NCBI GenBank assembly: GCA_035285125.1
Contig: JAYKHR010000088.1
Coordinates: 1 to 50,273 of the forward strand
Source: Candidatus Sericytochromatia bacterium
GTDB taxonomy: Bacteria; Cyanobacteriota; Sericytochromatia; S15B-MN24; JAQBPE01
Direction of reading: 5' to 3'
DNA: 50,273 nucleotides
Both the position numbers and the translations under genes were made by a program. A model generated the notes under the pieces. It saw only the letters and a list, made by a program, of their open reading frames with translations, had not been told where the DNA came from and searched no databases. This document shows, in pieces, positions 37,132-46,735 of this stretch (positions are counted from its first letter, which is position 1; each line of letters starts with the position of its first letter).

Positions 37132-38190
37132 GTGGCCCGTTCCGTCCGCCCCTCTCGCCTCGTGGCCCTGGCCCTCGGCGCCGCCGTCCTGACGGCGTGT
37201 GGCACCGCGACCCTCGCCCCCCGCGTGACGAAGCGCGCAGCCGGCGCCACGGCTCAGGCCCTCGTGAAGTCCGACAGCCCCATCGACGCCAAGCGGGCGC
37301 TGGCCCACGTCGACCGCCTGACGGACGCCGAGATGCAGGGCCGGATGACGGCCACCACCGGCGAGGAAAAGGCCAACGCTTACATCCAGGCCGAGTTCGA
37401 GAAGCTCGGGCTGCCCGTGATCCGCCAGACGTTCCGCAGCAAGGTCTTCCAGGGCGACGCGCAGAACATCATCGCGCTGATGCCCGGCTCCGAGCGCGCG
37501 GGGCGCGTCGTCATCGTCGGCGCCCACAAGGACCACCTCGGGATCCGCAGCGGGAAGACCTACCACGGGGCCAACGACAACGCGGGCGGCGTGGCTGGCG
37601 TGCTTGAGATCGCCCGGGCCATCGTGGATCGCAACGTGAACCACGGGGACCGTCCGCGTGCCAACATCTTGTTCATGGCCTTCTCTGGCGAAGAGCTGGG
37701 CCTGATCGGCTCGACCCACTACACGAAGAACCCGATCATCCCCACGATGGACGGAGGCTCCCGCCCGATCGACCTCAAGGACGTCGTGGGTATGGTCAAC
37801 CTCGACTGCATCGCCGTGGGCAACACCAACACGATCGGCACGGACGCGGTGGAGGATGCCTTCGGGACGCGGGACGCGCTCTCCTCGCTCGCAGCGGGAC
37901 GCGGCATGACCCCGGTGTTCAAGCCCTTCCGCATCCCCCACGCCCACGCCCACCCTGGCGAGGCGCTGCCGCCTTGGGCCAGCAGCGACCACGCGTCCTT
38001 CCGCAAGGCGGGCGTGCGCTCGATCTGCTACTACGCCGAGCCCGTGATGAGCAAATACCTGCACTCACCCAACGACACCATCCCCTCGCGCGACGAGATC
38101 AAGAAGGCGCCGATCGACCAGTTCAACGCCGACAACCTGGCCCGCATCGCCACGGTCGGCTACGACACGGTGCGCACCTGGGCGCAGTGA
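37132..38190 (+). CDS. M28 family metallopeptidase lipoprotein
   Basis: Lipobox LTAC; GAHKDH, GANDNAGG, FSGEELGLIGS, NLDCI, SDHASF and HSPND motifs. Confidence 0.92.
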   Translation: MARSVRPSRLVALALGAAVLTACGTATLAPRVTKRAAGATAQALVKSDSPIDAKRALAHVDRLTDAEMQGRMTATTGEEKANAYIQAEFEKLGLPVIRQTFRSKVFQGDAQNIIALMPGSERAGRVVIVGAHKDHLGIRSGKTYHGANDNAGGVAGVLEIARAIVDRNVNHGDRPRANILFMAFSGEELGLIGSTHYTKNPIIPTMDGGSRPIDLKDVVGMVNLDCIAVGNTNTIGTDAVEDAFGTRDALSSLAAGRGMTPVFKPFRIPHAHAHPGEALPPWASSDHASFRKAGVRSICYYAEPVMSKYLHSPNDTIPSRDEIKKAPIDQFNADNLARIATVGYDTVRTWAQ

Positions 38191-38630
38191 TCGCGGGCGT
38201 GCTGGGCCGCCCACGCTGCGGCCCGGCCGCAAACCTCCAACACGCCAGGGCCCCGGTGCTGCGACATCAGCTCCTCGGCTGCCCGCACCAGGGCCTGGCG
38301 GCAAACCCCGCCTGACACCAGCCTGTCGAACCCTGCGAGCATCAGGGTGGCCTGATCCCGCACGCCGAGCTCCTGGGTGATGCCAATCATCGGGAGCTGC
38401 GCGAAGGCGGGACGCTCGCGCACGATGCGGGCCAGCGCCGTGCCGTGCCGGGCAATGTCCAGCACCTCGACGACGAGCAGGTTGGGCCGGGCCACGGCGA
38501 GCTGCGTCAGGGCGACGGCCCCGTGGGGCGTGACCCGGACGCTGTGGCCGCGCAGGCCCAGCATCGCAGGGGCCTCGGGAGCCAGGCTCCATTCGGCGTC
38601 CAGCGTGACGATAAGGATCGGGGCGTTCAT
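38160..38630 (-). CDS. Atypical (pseudo) response-regulator receiver domain protein
   Basis: Receiver-like pattern (ILIV, GHSV..HGAVAL, RPNLLVVE, LPMIGIT, AGFD) lacking the acidic pocket and conserved Lys; AAGGAG RBS. Confidence 0.7.
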   Translation of the reverse strand: MNAPILIVTLDAEWSLAPEAPAMLGLRGHSVRVTPHGAVALTQLAVARPNLLVVEVLDIARHGTALARIVRERPAFAQLPMIGITQELGVRDQATLMLAGFDRLVSGGVCRQALVRAAEELMSQHRGPGVLEVCGRAAAWAAQHARDHCAQVRTVS

Positions 38631-38776
38631 GCGGGCTCCTTTATTTACAATAGTTAATGAAGTATCTTATACAGCGCCCCCGATCGGACCGCAAGCCGCC
38701 GGCTCGAGGCCAGCGGCTTCGCAGGCAGCAGGGACTCCCGAGGCGCTGGTGCCTATGCTTCAGGGAACGCAGCGGG

Positions 38777-38905
38777 CCCCCCATCCATGCTGGTGCAGCC
38801 CTTCTCCCAGCGGGAAAAGGGAGCGAATTCCTTGCGCACCCACCGGGTGAATCCGGACGAAGATTTTTGCCCGCTGGGAGGGGCCGGCCGCAGGCCGGGT
38901 GAGGG
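38777..38905. repeat. REP/MITE-like inverted palindromic doublet (intergenic copy)
   Basis: Left CCCTTCTCCC-AGC-GGGAAAAGGGAGCG; right TTTTGCCCGCTGGGAGGGGCCGGCCGCAGGCCGGGTGAGGG; CTCCCAGCGGG is present in inverted orientation in the two arms. Confidence 0.6.
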
Positions 38906-38946
38906 TCTATCGCTGCCTCTGGGGCCTCACGGGCGCCAGACGCCGA

Positions 38947-38978
38947 TTGGGCTATGAAGCCGCGACTTCATAGCCCAA
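38947..38978. terminator. Perfect 13-bp hairpin downstream of menG
   Basis: TTGGGCTATGAAG-CCGCGA-CTTCATAGCCCAA, 55 nt past the menG stop; no U-tract on the minus strand. Confidence 0.5.
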
Positions 38979-39033
38979 AACCCAAGTCAGCTCCGCGGCC
39001 CGAGGCGTGGAACCCCGGCCGCCCCCGGCCCGC

Positions 39034-39750
39034 TCAGGCGGGCCGCTGCCCCGTCACGATCGCCAGGGCCCCCCCGGCCACGTCGCGCACGCGCACGGCC
39101 GCCAGCCCGGCGGCCTCGCAGCGACAACCCAGGCTGTCCTGGTCAGTGAAGGCCTGCGCGGAGGCGTGCAGGTACCTGTAGGCCTCGCCCTCGCCCGCCA
39201 TCACCCGGCCCAGCACGGGAGCCGCCGCGCTATGCAGCGCCACGACGGCCCGCATCGGGGCCCAGCGCGGACGCCCCGTCTCGAGCGAGCCGAAGCGCCC
39301 TCCGGGCCGAAGGACCCGGGCAATCTCGGCCAAGGCCCGGTCGAGGTCCGCCACGTTGCGCAGCCCGAAGCCCACGGTCACGACGTCGAAGCTGGCGTCC
39401 GGGAACGGCAACGCAAGCATGTCGCCCTGCAGCCACGCCACGCCGCCCCCCGCCGGGTGCTGCCGGGCCAGCGAGAGCATCCCGGCCGAGAAGTCGAGCC
39501 CCGTCACGCTGCCATCCGGCCCCACGGCGGCCTGCAGCAGGCGGGCGATGTCGCCGGTGCCCGTGGCCAGGTCGAGCGCCGCGTCTCCGGGTTGCGGCGC
39601 CACCAGGCCGACCAGGCGCCGCTTCCAGAGGCGGTGGAGGCCCCCCGTCATCCAGTCGTTGACGCGGTCATAGCCCCCGGAGATGCGGTCGAACATCCCC
39701 TGGACGTAGGTCGCCTTGTCCTCAGGGGCGGGCAGCACGGCGCGGCTCAC
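39034..39750 (-). CDS. menG: Demethylmenaquinone methyltransferase (UbiE/MenG)
   Basis: MFDRI..YDRVND, LDLATGTGD, LDFSAGML, FGLRNV and RVLRPGG motifs; men cluster context. Confidence 0.92.
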   Translation of the reverse strand: MSRAVLPAPEDKATYVQGMFDRISGGYDRVNDWMTGGLHRLWKRRLVGLVAPQPGDAALDLATGTGDIARLLQAAVGPDGSVTGLDFSAGMLSLARQHPAGGGVAWLQGDMLALPFPDASFDVVTVGFGLRNVADLDRALAEIARVLRPGGRFGSLETGRPRWAPMRAVVALHSAAAPVLGRVMAGEGEAYRYLHASAQAFTDQDSLGCRCEAAGLAAVRVRDVAGGALAIVTGQRPA

Positions 39751-40724
39751 ACCAGGCCCCCTTGCCAGCCTGCGCTGGCGGCAAGGTCATTGAGCACGGT
39801 GAAGAGCTCATCTCGGGCTGGGCCCTCGGGCAGCTCTCCCATCCAGCGCATCGCGAGCTCGGCTTCTGCCATCACGAGCCGCATGGTCTCAGCGGCTGGC
39901 CGCTCGGCCAGGACCAGCGCCCGGATCGACGCGTCGATCTCAGCCGGCCAGGGCGTCAGCGCCGCCCGCAGCCGCGGCCCGACCTCGGGGTCCTCGAGCG
40001 CCACCAGCACGGGCAGCGTCAGCGTGCCGTCCAGCAGGTCCCGACCCGCAGGCTTGCCGAGGGCCTCGCTGGAGCTGGACCAGTCGAGCATGTCGTCCAC
40101 GAGCTGGAACAGCCGACCCAGGTGGAACCCGAACCGCCTCGCGACGGCGACGGCCCGCGGGTTGGCCCCGGCGAGCCTGGCGGCTCCCTCCGTGGCAAGC
40201 TCGAAGGGGGCGGCCGTCTTCTTGGCGATGCGCTCCAGGTAAGCATCCAGCCCCAGGTCCAGGCGCCCGCGCTGCTCGTCTTGCAGCAGTTCCCCCTCGC
40301 ACAGGTCGCCGATCATCTCGGCAAACCTGTCCGTCAGCACGTTGTCGCCGAGGGCTGCCACCCGGCGGCTGGCCTGCGCCAGCAGCCAGTCGCCAGCCAG
40401 CACCGCCACCTTGGCGTCCCAGCGCACGTGGACGGAGGGCACGCCGCGGCGGGTGGCCGCCTCATCGAGGATGTCGTCGTGGATCAAAGAGCCCACGTGC
40501 ACCAGCTCGATCGCCTCGGCCAGCCCCTCGTGGGTGGCCAGGGCCGCTCCATTCTTCATGTGGGCCCGCGCCACCAGGTTGAGCACCTTGGGCCGCACGC
40601 CCTTGCCCCCCGCCCCGAGCAGGTGCCGCGAGGCATCACCCAGGGTCGCGCTGTCCGCCCGCAGCCGGGAGGCGATCGCCTCCCGGAACGAGGGGGCTGT
40701 CACACGCACGTCGGTGGTCATCAC
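39747..40724 (-). CDS. Long-chain trans-polyprenyl diphosphate synthase (HepT/IspB-like)
   Basis: GGKGVRP, LIHDDILD..RRG, GDWL, KKTA, FQLVDDMLD and GKP motifs. Confidence 0.92.
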   Translation of the reverse strand: MMTTDVRVTAPSFREAIASRLRADSATLGDASRHLLGAGGKGVRPKVLNLVARAHMKNGAALATHEGLAEAIELVHVGSLIHDDILDEAATRRGVPSVHVRWDAKVAVLAGDWLLAQASRRVAALGDNVLTDRFAEMIGDLCEGELLQDEQRGRLDLGLDAYLERIAKKTAAPFELATEGAARLAGANPRAVAVARRFGFHLGRLFQLVDDMLDWSSSSEALGKPAGRDLLDGTLTLPVLVALEDPEVGPRLRAALTPWPAEIDASIRALVLAERPAAETMRLVMAEAELAMRWMGELPEGPARDELFTVLNDLAASAGWQGGLV

Positions 40725-41761
40725 GCACCTGCCTTGTCGGTTGCGCCAGGGCCCGGCAGGAATGGCCGGTGCTCGGGCGCCTCGGGGATCGCCAGGGCCG
40801 CTTGGATCCGGGTGACCTCACCCACCAGCCGGGCGAGCGCAGGAAGGTCGAGCGCCTGCAGGGCGTCGGACTTGGCGCACGCCGGGTCGGGGTGACACTC
40901 GACGATCACCCCGTGGGCGCCTGCGGCGATGGCTGCCCGGGCCAAGGGGGCGACGTAAGGGCCGTAGCCCGCGGCGTGGCTGGGGTCCACCAGCACCGGG
41001 AAGGCCGCCACCTCGCGGATGAACGGAACTGCCCCCACGTCCAGCGTGAAGCGCTTCAGGGGGTGCGCCGAACGGCTGCCGCGTTCGCAGAAGGCCACGG
41101 TGGGGGCCCCGGCCTCCAGCAGGTACTCCGCTGCCCGCAGCCACTCTTCAGGGCTGGCGGCGAGTCCGCGCTTGAGGATCACGGGCTTGCCGAAGCGCCC
41201 GATTCTTTGCAGGTGCCGGCTGGCGTGCATGTGCCTGGCGCCGACCATCACGACGTCCACGGCCTCGGCGATCGCCTCGGCCTCGGGCCCATCCGTGACC
41301 TCGGTGATGGACCGCATCCCGTGCGCCTGGGCAGCTTCGTGCAGCCACCGGGCCGCCCGAGCGCCGTGGCCTTGGAAGGCGTCGACGCGGGTCCGGGTCT
41401 TGTCCGTGCCGCCGCGCAACCAGCCGATCCCGAGCGACGCAGCGTAGGCAGCGACCTCCCGGATGGTGCCGGGGTCTTCGACGGCGCAGGGTCCGGCCAC
41501 CACCGGCACGGCGCCGAGGTCCCAGGTGGGGTGGTGCTCGGCCGGACCGTGGCGGAGCACGCGCCGGGGCCCCTCAGTGACCTCATCGATGCAGGCCACT
41601 GCCGGATCGGCCGCGAGGGCGTCACGCACCTCCCACGGCACCCAGGGGTCGGCCAGCAGCAATGCCTGGCCTCGCTGGACGGGCTTCGCCTCGAAGCCGT
41701 GACGGGTGAGCCAGGCGCGAAGCCTGGGGGCCTCTTCGGCACCGGTGAGCGTGATGAGCAT
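40721..41761 (-). CDS. aroF: Type I-beta DAHP synthase (3-deoxy-7-phosphoheptulonate synthase), divergent
   Basis: AGPCAVE, LRGG, KRG, CERG, DPSH, ECHPDP and SD..Q motifs; ATG 41761 with GGGAGG RBS. Confidence 0.82.
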   Translation of the reverse strand: MLITLTGAEEAPRLRAWLTRHGFEAKPVQRGQALLLADPWVPWEVRDALAADPAVACIDEVTEGPRRVLRHGPAEHHPTWDLGAVPVVAGPCAVEDPGTIREVAAYAASLGIGWLRGGTDKTRTRVDAFQGHGARAARWLHEAAQAHGMRSITEVTDGPEAEAIAEAVDVVMVGARHMHASRHLQRIGRFGKPVILKRGLAASPEEWLRAAEYLLEAGAPTVAFCERGSRSAHPLKRFTLDVGAVPFIREVAAFPVLVDPSHAAGYGPYVAPLARAAIAAGAHGVIVECHPDPACAKSDALQALDLPALARLVGEVTRIQAALAIPEAPEHRPFLPGPGATDKAGA

Positions 41762-41839
41762 GGCGTCCCTCCCGTGGTTGACGGTGGCGCCTGGCGCTTG
41801 CACCAGCGGCGCTCGCATGCTAGCGTAGCAGATAGGTTC

Positions 41840-41876
41840 AGAAGTTTCAAGATTTCTTGAAAGTTAAAAAACTTCT
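41840..41876. promoter_or_regulatory. AT-rich divergent promoter region with palindrome TTTCAAGA-TT-TCTTGAAA
   Basis: Perfect 8-2-8 palindrome at 41845-41862, plus an outer inverted pair AGAAGTTT/AAACTTCT, between the two men operons. Confidence 0.6.
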
Positions 41877-41918
41877 AAGGACATTCGGCTCGCGCCACGA
41901 TCACAGGGGTCCCCTGCT

Positions 41919-43280
41919 GTGCTCAGCCCGCTCCTCCTGGCTTCCCCGGCCTCCACAGCGCCGCCCCGCGTGAGGCGGCTCTCCCTAGAGGCCGTTCCCG
42001 CCGCCAACCTGACGCCTGCCCCGCTGGGCGTGGCCCAGGCTGCGTGGCAGGATCCTGACGGCACGTTGTGGATCGGTTTGGGGCGCGCGTCGTTCTGGGC
42101 CGTGGGGTCGTCGACAGAGGCCCACGCCGACGCAGGCTATGCCGTCCTCGACCGCTGCCGCGAGGCCCTCGCTGCGCTCCCCGGCGAGGCCCAGGGGGTG
42201 CGGGCCTTCGGGTGCCTGGCCTTCGACCCCGCCTTCGCCGTCGACCCCTACGGGGCCCCGGTGCGCCTGGCGGCTTTCGCCGTCCCCCGCTGGCTGTTGC
42301 GCCTGCCCGCGGGGGCCGTGTCGCGGGGCGGCCAGGTGGAGGCCTGGGTGGCCTGCGGCCCCGAGGAGCCAGCCGACCAGCTTGACCTGGAGGCGGCAGC
42401 CATCGCGGCCTGGGCGGCGCGGGTGGCGCCCCCCGCGCCGGTGCCCCGGGCCATGCTGGTGCCCGACGACGCTGACCGCCTCGACTACCAGGAGGCCGTG
42501 CGGCGGGCCGTCAGCGCCATTCGCGGCGGGGGGCTCGACAAGGTCGTGCTGGCCCGGCCACGCTTCGTGGAGGCCGCCGGGCACCTGCCGCCGTGGCCGC
42601 TGTTCCTGGCCCTCGCTCACCGCGCACCCGGCACGGCCCGCTTCCTGCTGGTGGACCCCGACGGCGGGGCCTTCCTCGGGGCATCGCCCGAGTGCCTGGT
42701 CGCCATCGACGGCCCCACCGTCCGCGCGGATGTGCTCGCCGGCACCCTGCCGCGGGATCGCGACGCCGCGGTGGACGCAGCCCGCGCCGAGCAACTCCGC
42801 ACGAGCGCCAAGAACTTGCACGAGCACGCGCTGGTGCGGAAGGCCGTGCTCGAGACGCTCGCGCCCTTCACGGCCACGCTCAGCGCGGCCGACGACCCAC
42901 GGCTCCTGCCCTTGCCGAACGTGTGGCACCTGCACACGCCCGTCACGGGTGCGCTCGTCGAGGGCGCCACGCTGTCTCGGCTCGTCAAGGCGCTGCACCC
43001 GACGCCCGCCGTGGGCGGCACGCCGCGTGAGGGCGCGCTGGAGATGCTGGCCTCGATGGAGCGAGCCGGCCGAGGCTGCTACGCCGCCCCCGTCGGCTGG
43101 GTCGGGGCCGAAGCCGCCTACCTGGCGGTGGGCATTCGGTCCGCCCACCTCCGCGGCAACCGGGCGGTGGCGATGGCGGGCGCCGGGATCGTCGCAGACT
43201 CGGACCCTGCAAGCGAGTGGCTCGAGACAGAGCGCAAGCTGGCCCCGATGCTGGCCGCGCTGACGGGAGGTGCCCCGTGA
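41919..43280 (+). CDS. menF: Isochorismate synthase
   Basis: KVVLAR, FLGASPE, LAGT, KNLHEH, LHPTPAVGG, IRS and AGAGIV motifs. Confidence 0.92.
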   Translation: MLSPLLLASPASTAPPRVRRLSLEAVPAANLTPAPLGVAQAAWQDPDGTLWIGLGRASFWAVGSSTEAHADAGYAVLDRCREALAALPGEAQGVRAFGCLAFDPAFAVDPYGAPVRLAAFAVPRWLLRLPAGAVSRGGQVEAWVACGPEEPADQLDLEAAAIAAWAARVAPPAPVPRAMLVPDDADRLDYQEAVRRAVSAIRGGGLDKVVLARPRFVEAAGHLPPWPLFLALAHRAPGTARFLLVDPDGGAFLGASPECLVAIDGPTVRADVLAGTLPRDRDAAVDAARAEQLRTSAKNLHEHALVRKAVLETLAPFTATLSAADDPRLLPLPNVWHLHTPVTGALVEGATLSRLVKALHPTPAVGGTPREGALEMLASMERAGRGCYAAPVGWVGAEAAYLAVGIRSAHLRGNRAVAMAGAGIVADSDPASEWLETERKLAPMLAALTGGAP

Positions 43281-45001
43281 CGGACCGCGGGCTGCTGAAC
43301 CTCGACTGGGGCCACGCCGTGCTGGCTGCGCTCGCCAACCAGGGCGTGCAACACGTGGTGCTCTCGCCGGGCTCTCGCTCCACCCCCCTCGCGCTGGCCG
43401 CCAACCGCCACGAGGGGCTGACGCTCCACGTCGTGCTGGACGAGCGCGTCGCCGGCTTCACGGCGCTGGGCCTGGCCCGGGCGACGGGGCGCCCCGTGGC
43501 CCTGGTCTGCACCTCAGGGACGGCGGCGGCCAACTACCACCCGGCGCTCGCCGAGGCCGCGACCTGGGGCGTGCCGCTGGTTGCGCTGACGGCCGACCGC
43601 CCGCCGCGCCTTCGGGGCCTGGGCGCGGCCCAGACCATCGACCAGGTGCGCCTGTTCGGCCCGACCACCGCGTTCGCCGAGCTGCCCGTGCCGGAGCCTG
43701 CCGCGCTGGAAGCCGTGGGGGCCCGCGTGGCGCTGGCCCTGGCCGAGGCCCTCACGGGGCGCCGCGGGCCCGTCCACCTGAACGTGCCTTTCGACGAGCC
43801 GCTCGCGCCCTCGCGGGACGCGCTGGCCGCCTGGCGCCCCCAGGCCCGCCCCGCGCCGCGGGTGTGGGCGGGCCGCCTGGCGCCCGACGCCGAGGCGCTG
43901 GCGGCGCTGCGGACCCGGCTAGCGGCAGCCCAGCGCCCGCTGGTGGTGGCAGGCCCCGGGGCGGGCGACGCGGGCGCGGCGAGGCCTCTGCTCGACTGGG
44001 CTGCGGCGGCAGGCGTGCCGGTGATCGCCGACGTGGGCTCCGGCCTCCGAGGCCGGGCCAGTGAGGGCGGCGCCGTCCTCACCCACGCGGACCTGTTCGT
44101 CCGTCCCCCCGTGCCGGAGGCGCTGACCCCCGACCTGCTCGTGCTGGTGGGCAGGCAGAGCACCAGCAAGGCTGTCTCGTCGTGGTGCGCGTCGCTGCGG
44201 GTGCCGGCCGTGGCGCTGTGGCCGGACGCTGCGGGGCGTGACCCCGAGGCCCTCGCCGACACGATCGTCGTGGGGGACGTGGGCGTAGCCTTTGCCTCGC
44301 TCGGGCCCGCCGCGTCCGCCCCCCGGGCGCCCTCGTGGCTCGGGGCCTGGCAGGCCCGCGAGGCCGCGGCCGCCCTCGCGATCGCCGAGGGCCCGGAGCC
44401 CGTGCCCCCCGAGGCTGCCGCGACCCGGGCCGCCATCACGGCGTTGCCCGAGGGCGGCGGCCTGGTGCTCTCGAACTCGCTGCCCATTCGCCACGCCGAC
44501 GCCTATGCCGGGCTGGGCCCCGCCGGCGGGCGGGTCGTGGTGTTGCGCGGGGCGAACGGCATCGACGGCGTCACGGCCGTCGCGCAGGGGGCTGCCCGCG
44601 CCTGGGGCGTCCCGACGCTGCTCGTCACGGGGGACCTCGCCTTCCTTCACGACCTCGGGGCGCTCGTGGCGGCGCGCGACCTGGCCACGCCCCTGGTCGT
44701 GCTGGTGCTCGACAACGACGGCGGGGCCATCTTCCACCACCTGCCCATCGCAGAGGCGGCGCCCGACTTCGAGACGCTCTTCGGGACGCCGCAGGCGCGG
44801 GACCTCCCTGCGATCGCCCGCGCCCTCGGCGCCACGGTGCACACGCCCAGCACCCTCGAGGAGGTCCACGCGGCGACCCGGGACGGTCTGCGCTCGCCGG
44901 GCCTGACGGTGCTGGTCTTCCCGTGCGACCGACGGGAGACGGTGGCCCTCCACAGGGCCTTCATCGCAGGCCTGGCAGCCCGGAGCGCGGCCCATGCCTG
45001 A
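43277..45001 (+). CDS. menD: SEPHCHC synthase
   Basis: SPGSRSTPL, DER.AGF.ALG, CTSGTA.AN, TADRP, NSLPIR, RGANGIDG and GDLAFLHD motifs; GTGA overlap with menF. Confidence 0.96.
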   Translation: MTDRGLLNLDWGHAVLAALANQGVQHVVLSPGSRSTPLALAANRHEGLTLHVVLDERVAGFTALGLARATGRPVALVCTSGTAAANYHPALAEAATWGVPLVALTADRPPRLRGLGAAQTIDQVRLFGPTTAFAELPVPEPAALEAVGARVALALAEALTGRRGPVHLNVPFDEPLAPSRDALAAWRPQARPAPRVWAGRLAPDAEALAALRTRLAAAQRPLVVAGPGAGDAGAARPLLDWAAAAGVPVIADVGSGLRGRASEGGAVLTHADLFVRPPVPEALTPDLLVLVGRQSTSKAVSSWCASLRVPAVALWPDAAGRDPEALADTIVVGDVGVAFASLGPAASAPRAPSWLGAWQAREAAAALAIAEGPEPVPPEAAATRAAITALPEGGGLVLSNSLPIRHADAYAGLGPAGGRVVVLRGANGIDGVTAVAQGAARAWGVPTLLVTGDLAFLHDLGALVAARDLATPLVVLVLDNDGGAIFHHLPIAEAAPDFETLFGTPQARDLPAIARALGATVHTPSTLEEVHAATRDGLRSPGLTVLVFPCDRRETVALHRAFIAGLAARSAAHA

Positions 45002-45887
45002 CGTCGCCCCCCCGCCGTGGATGCCCGCATTGCCACCTCCCTTCGAGGTGGCCGCCGGCGGCTTGCGGTGGCGGGCCCGTGCCTGGGGCCGCTTCGAGAC
45101 GCCCCCCCTGCTGATGCTCCACGGCTTCGGGGCCGACGGGCGGGCCTGGGCCCCCCTCGCCGAGCGGCTGGCCGATCGCTGGCGCGTGATCGCCGTCGAT
45201 CTGCCCGGCCACGGGGGCACCACCGCACCTGGCCCCACCTGGGACCTGGCCCGCGCCGCCAGCGCGCTGGCCTCGCTCCTGCCTGTCCTCGACGGCCGTC
45301 CCCCCGTGGTGGTGGGCTACTCGCTCGGGGGCCGGCTCGCGCTGCAGCTGGCCCTCCTGGCCCCGCCGCCCGGGCTGGTGCTGGTGGGGGCCTCAGCCGG
45401 GCTGAGGGAGGCAGCAGCCCGCGCCGAGCGACTCTCCGCGGACCAGCGCTGGATTTCCAGGCTTGCTGACGGCCTGCCTGCCTTCTGGGCAGCCTGGGAC
45501 GAACAGCCCGTCTTCGCCACCCGCCTTCGCCAGCCCAGCTTCGAGCGGGCCTTTCCCGACTTCGTGCGCGGCGGGCAGGACCCGGCCGGGCTCGCTGCCG
45601 CGATGTCATCGCTGGGGCTCGGTCGGATGGCCCCGCTGCACGAGCGCCTGCCGGGGCTCGCAACGCCCACGGTGGTGGTGGCCGGCGAGCGCGACGAGAA
45701 GTTCACGGCCCTCGGGCGCGACCTCGCCGCAGCCCTCCGGGTCTCCACCTTCCTGCCCGCCCCCGGCGCGGGCCACGACGTTCCCACCGAGAGCCCCGAC
45801 ACCGTGGTGCGGGCGCTCGAGCTCCTCGCGGCGCTGCGCGCCGAGGGGGGCGCCTCCTCCCCGACGACGAAAGGAGACCCCCGATGA
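44994..45887 (+). CDS. menH: SHCHC synthase (alpha/beta hydrolase)
   Basis: LHGF, DLPGHG, GYSLGGR, GERDEKF and AGH motifs; lies between menD and menB. Confidence 0.9.
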   Translation: MPDVAPPPWMPALPPPFEVAAGGLRWRARAWGRFETPPLLMLHGFGADGRAWAPLAERLADRWRVIAVDLPGHGGTTAPGPTWDLARAASALASLLPVLDGRPPVVVGYSLGGRLALQLALLAPPPGLVLVGASAGLREAAARAERLSADQRWISRLADGLPAFWAAWDEQPVFATRLRQPSFERAFPDFVRGGQDPAGLAAAMSSLGLGRMAPLHERLPGLATPTVVVAGERDEKFTALGRDLAAALRVSTFLPAPGAGHDVPTESPDTVVRALELLAALRAEGGASSPTTKGDPR

Positions 45888-46717
45888 CCGCCATCGCCCC
45901 GGCGCTGGGCTGGACGCCGATCAAGACCTACCAGGACATCCGCCTCGAGGAGGCGGAGGGGATCGCCAAGGTCACGATCAACCGGCCCGACCGCCGCAAC
46001 GCCTTCCGCCCGCAGACCATCCTCGAGCTGCTGGACGCGTTCCACGTCATCCGCGAGACGCCGCACCTCGGCGTCGTGATCCTGACGGGCGAGGGCCCTG
46101 ACGCCTTCTGCTCGGGCGGTGACCAGAAGGTGCGCGGCGAGAAGGGCTACGTGGGCTCCGACGGCGTGCCCAGGCTGAACGTGCTCGACCTCCAGAAGGT
46201 CATCCGGTCGATTCCGAAGCCCGTCATTGCGATGGTCGCCGGCTACGCGATCGGGGGCGGCCACGTGCTGCACGTCGTGTGCGACCTCACGATCGCGGCC
46301 GACAACGCGCGCTTCGGCCAGACGGGCCCCAAGGTCGGCTCGTTCGACGGCGGGTTCGGCGCTTCCTATCTGGCCTCCCTCGTCGGCCAGAAGAAGGCCC
46401 GCGAGATCTGGTACCTCTGCCGCCAGTACGATGCCCAGGAGGCGCTCCAGATGGGCCTCGTGAACAAGGTCGTGCCGCTGGCCGAGCTCGAGGCGGAGAC
46501 GGTCGCCTGGTGCCGGGACATCCTCCAGCACTCGCCGCTGGCGCTGCGCTGCCTCAAGAGCGCGTTCAACGCAGACCTCGACGGGCAGGCCGGCATCCAG
46601 GAGCTCGCGGGCAACGCCACGCTCCTGTTCTACATGTCGGAGGAGGCCCAGGAAGGCCGGGACGCCTGGCTGGAGCGCCGGCAGCCCGACTTCTCCAAGT
46701 TCCCGCGCCTGCCCTGA
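45884..46717 (+). CDS. menB: 1,4-dihydroxy-2-naphthoyl-CoA synthase
   Basis: [37 protein letters not shown] and EAQEGR motifs. Confidence 0.98.
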   Translation: MTAIAPALGWTPIKTYQDIRLEEAEGIAKVTINRPDRRNAFRPQTILELLDAFHVIRETPHLGVVILTGEGPDAFCSGGDQKVRGEKGYVGSDGVPRLNVLDLQKVIRSIPKPVIAMVAGYAIGGGHVLHVVCDLTIAADNARFGQTGPKVGSFDGGFGASYLASLVGQKKAREIWYLCRQYDAQEALQMGLVNKVVPLAELEAETVAWCRDILQHSPLALRCLKSAFNADLDGQAGIQELAGNATLLFYMSEEAQEGRDAWLERRQPDFSKFPRLP

Positions 46718-46735
46718 GCCGCGGAGGCCTCCGCC

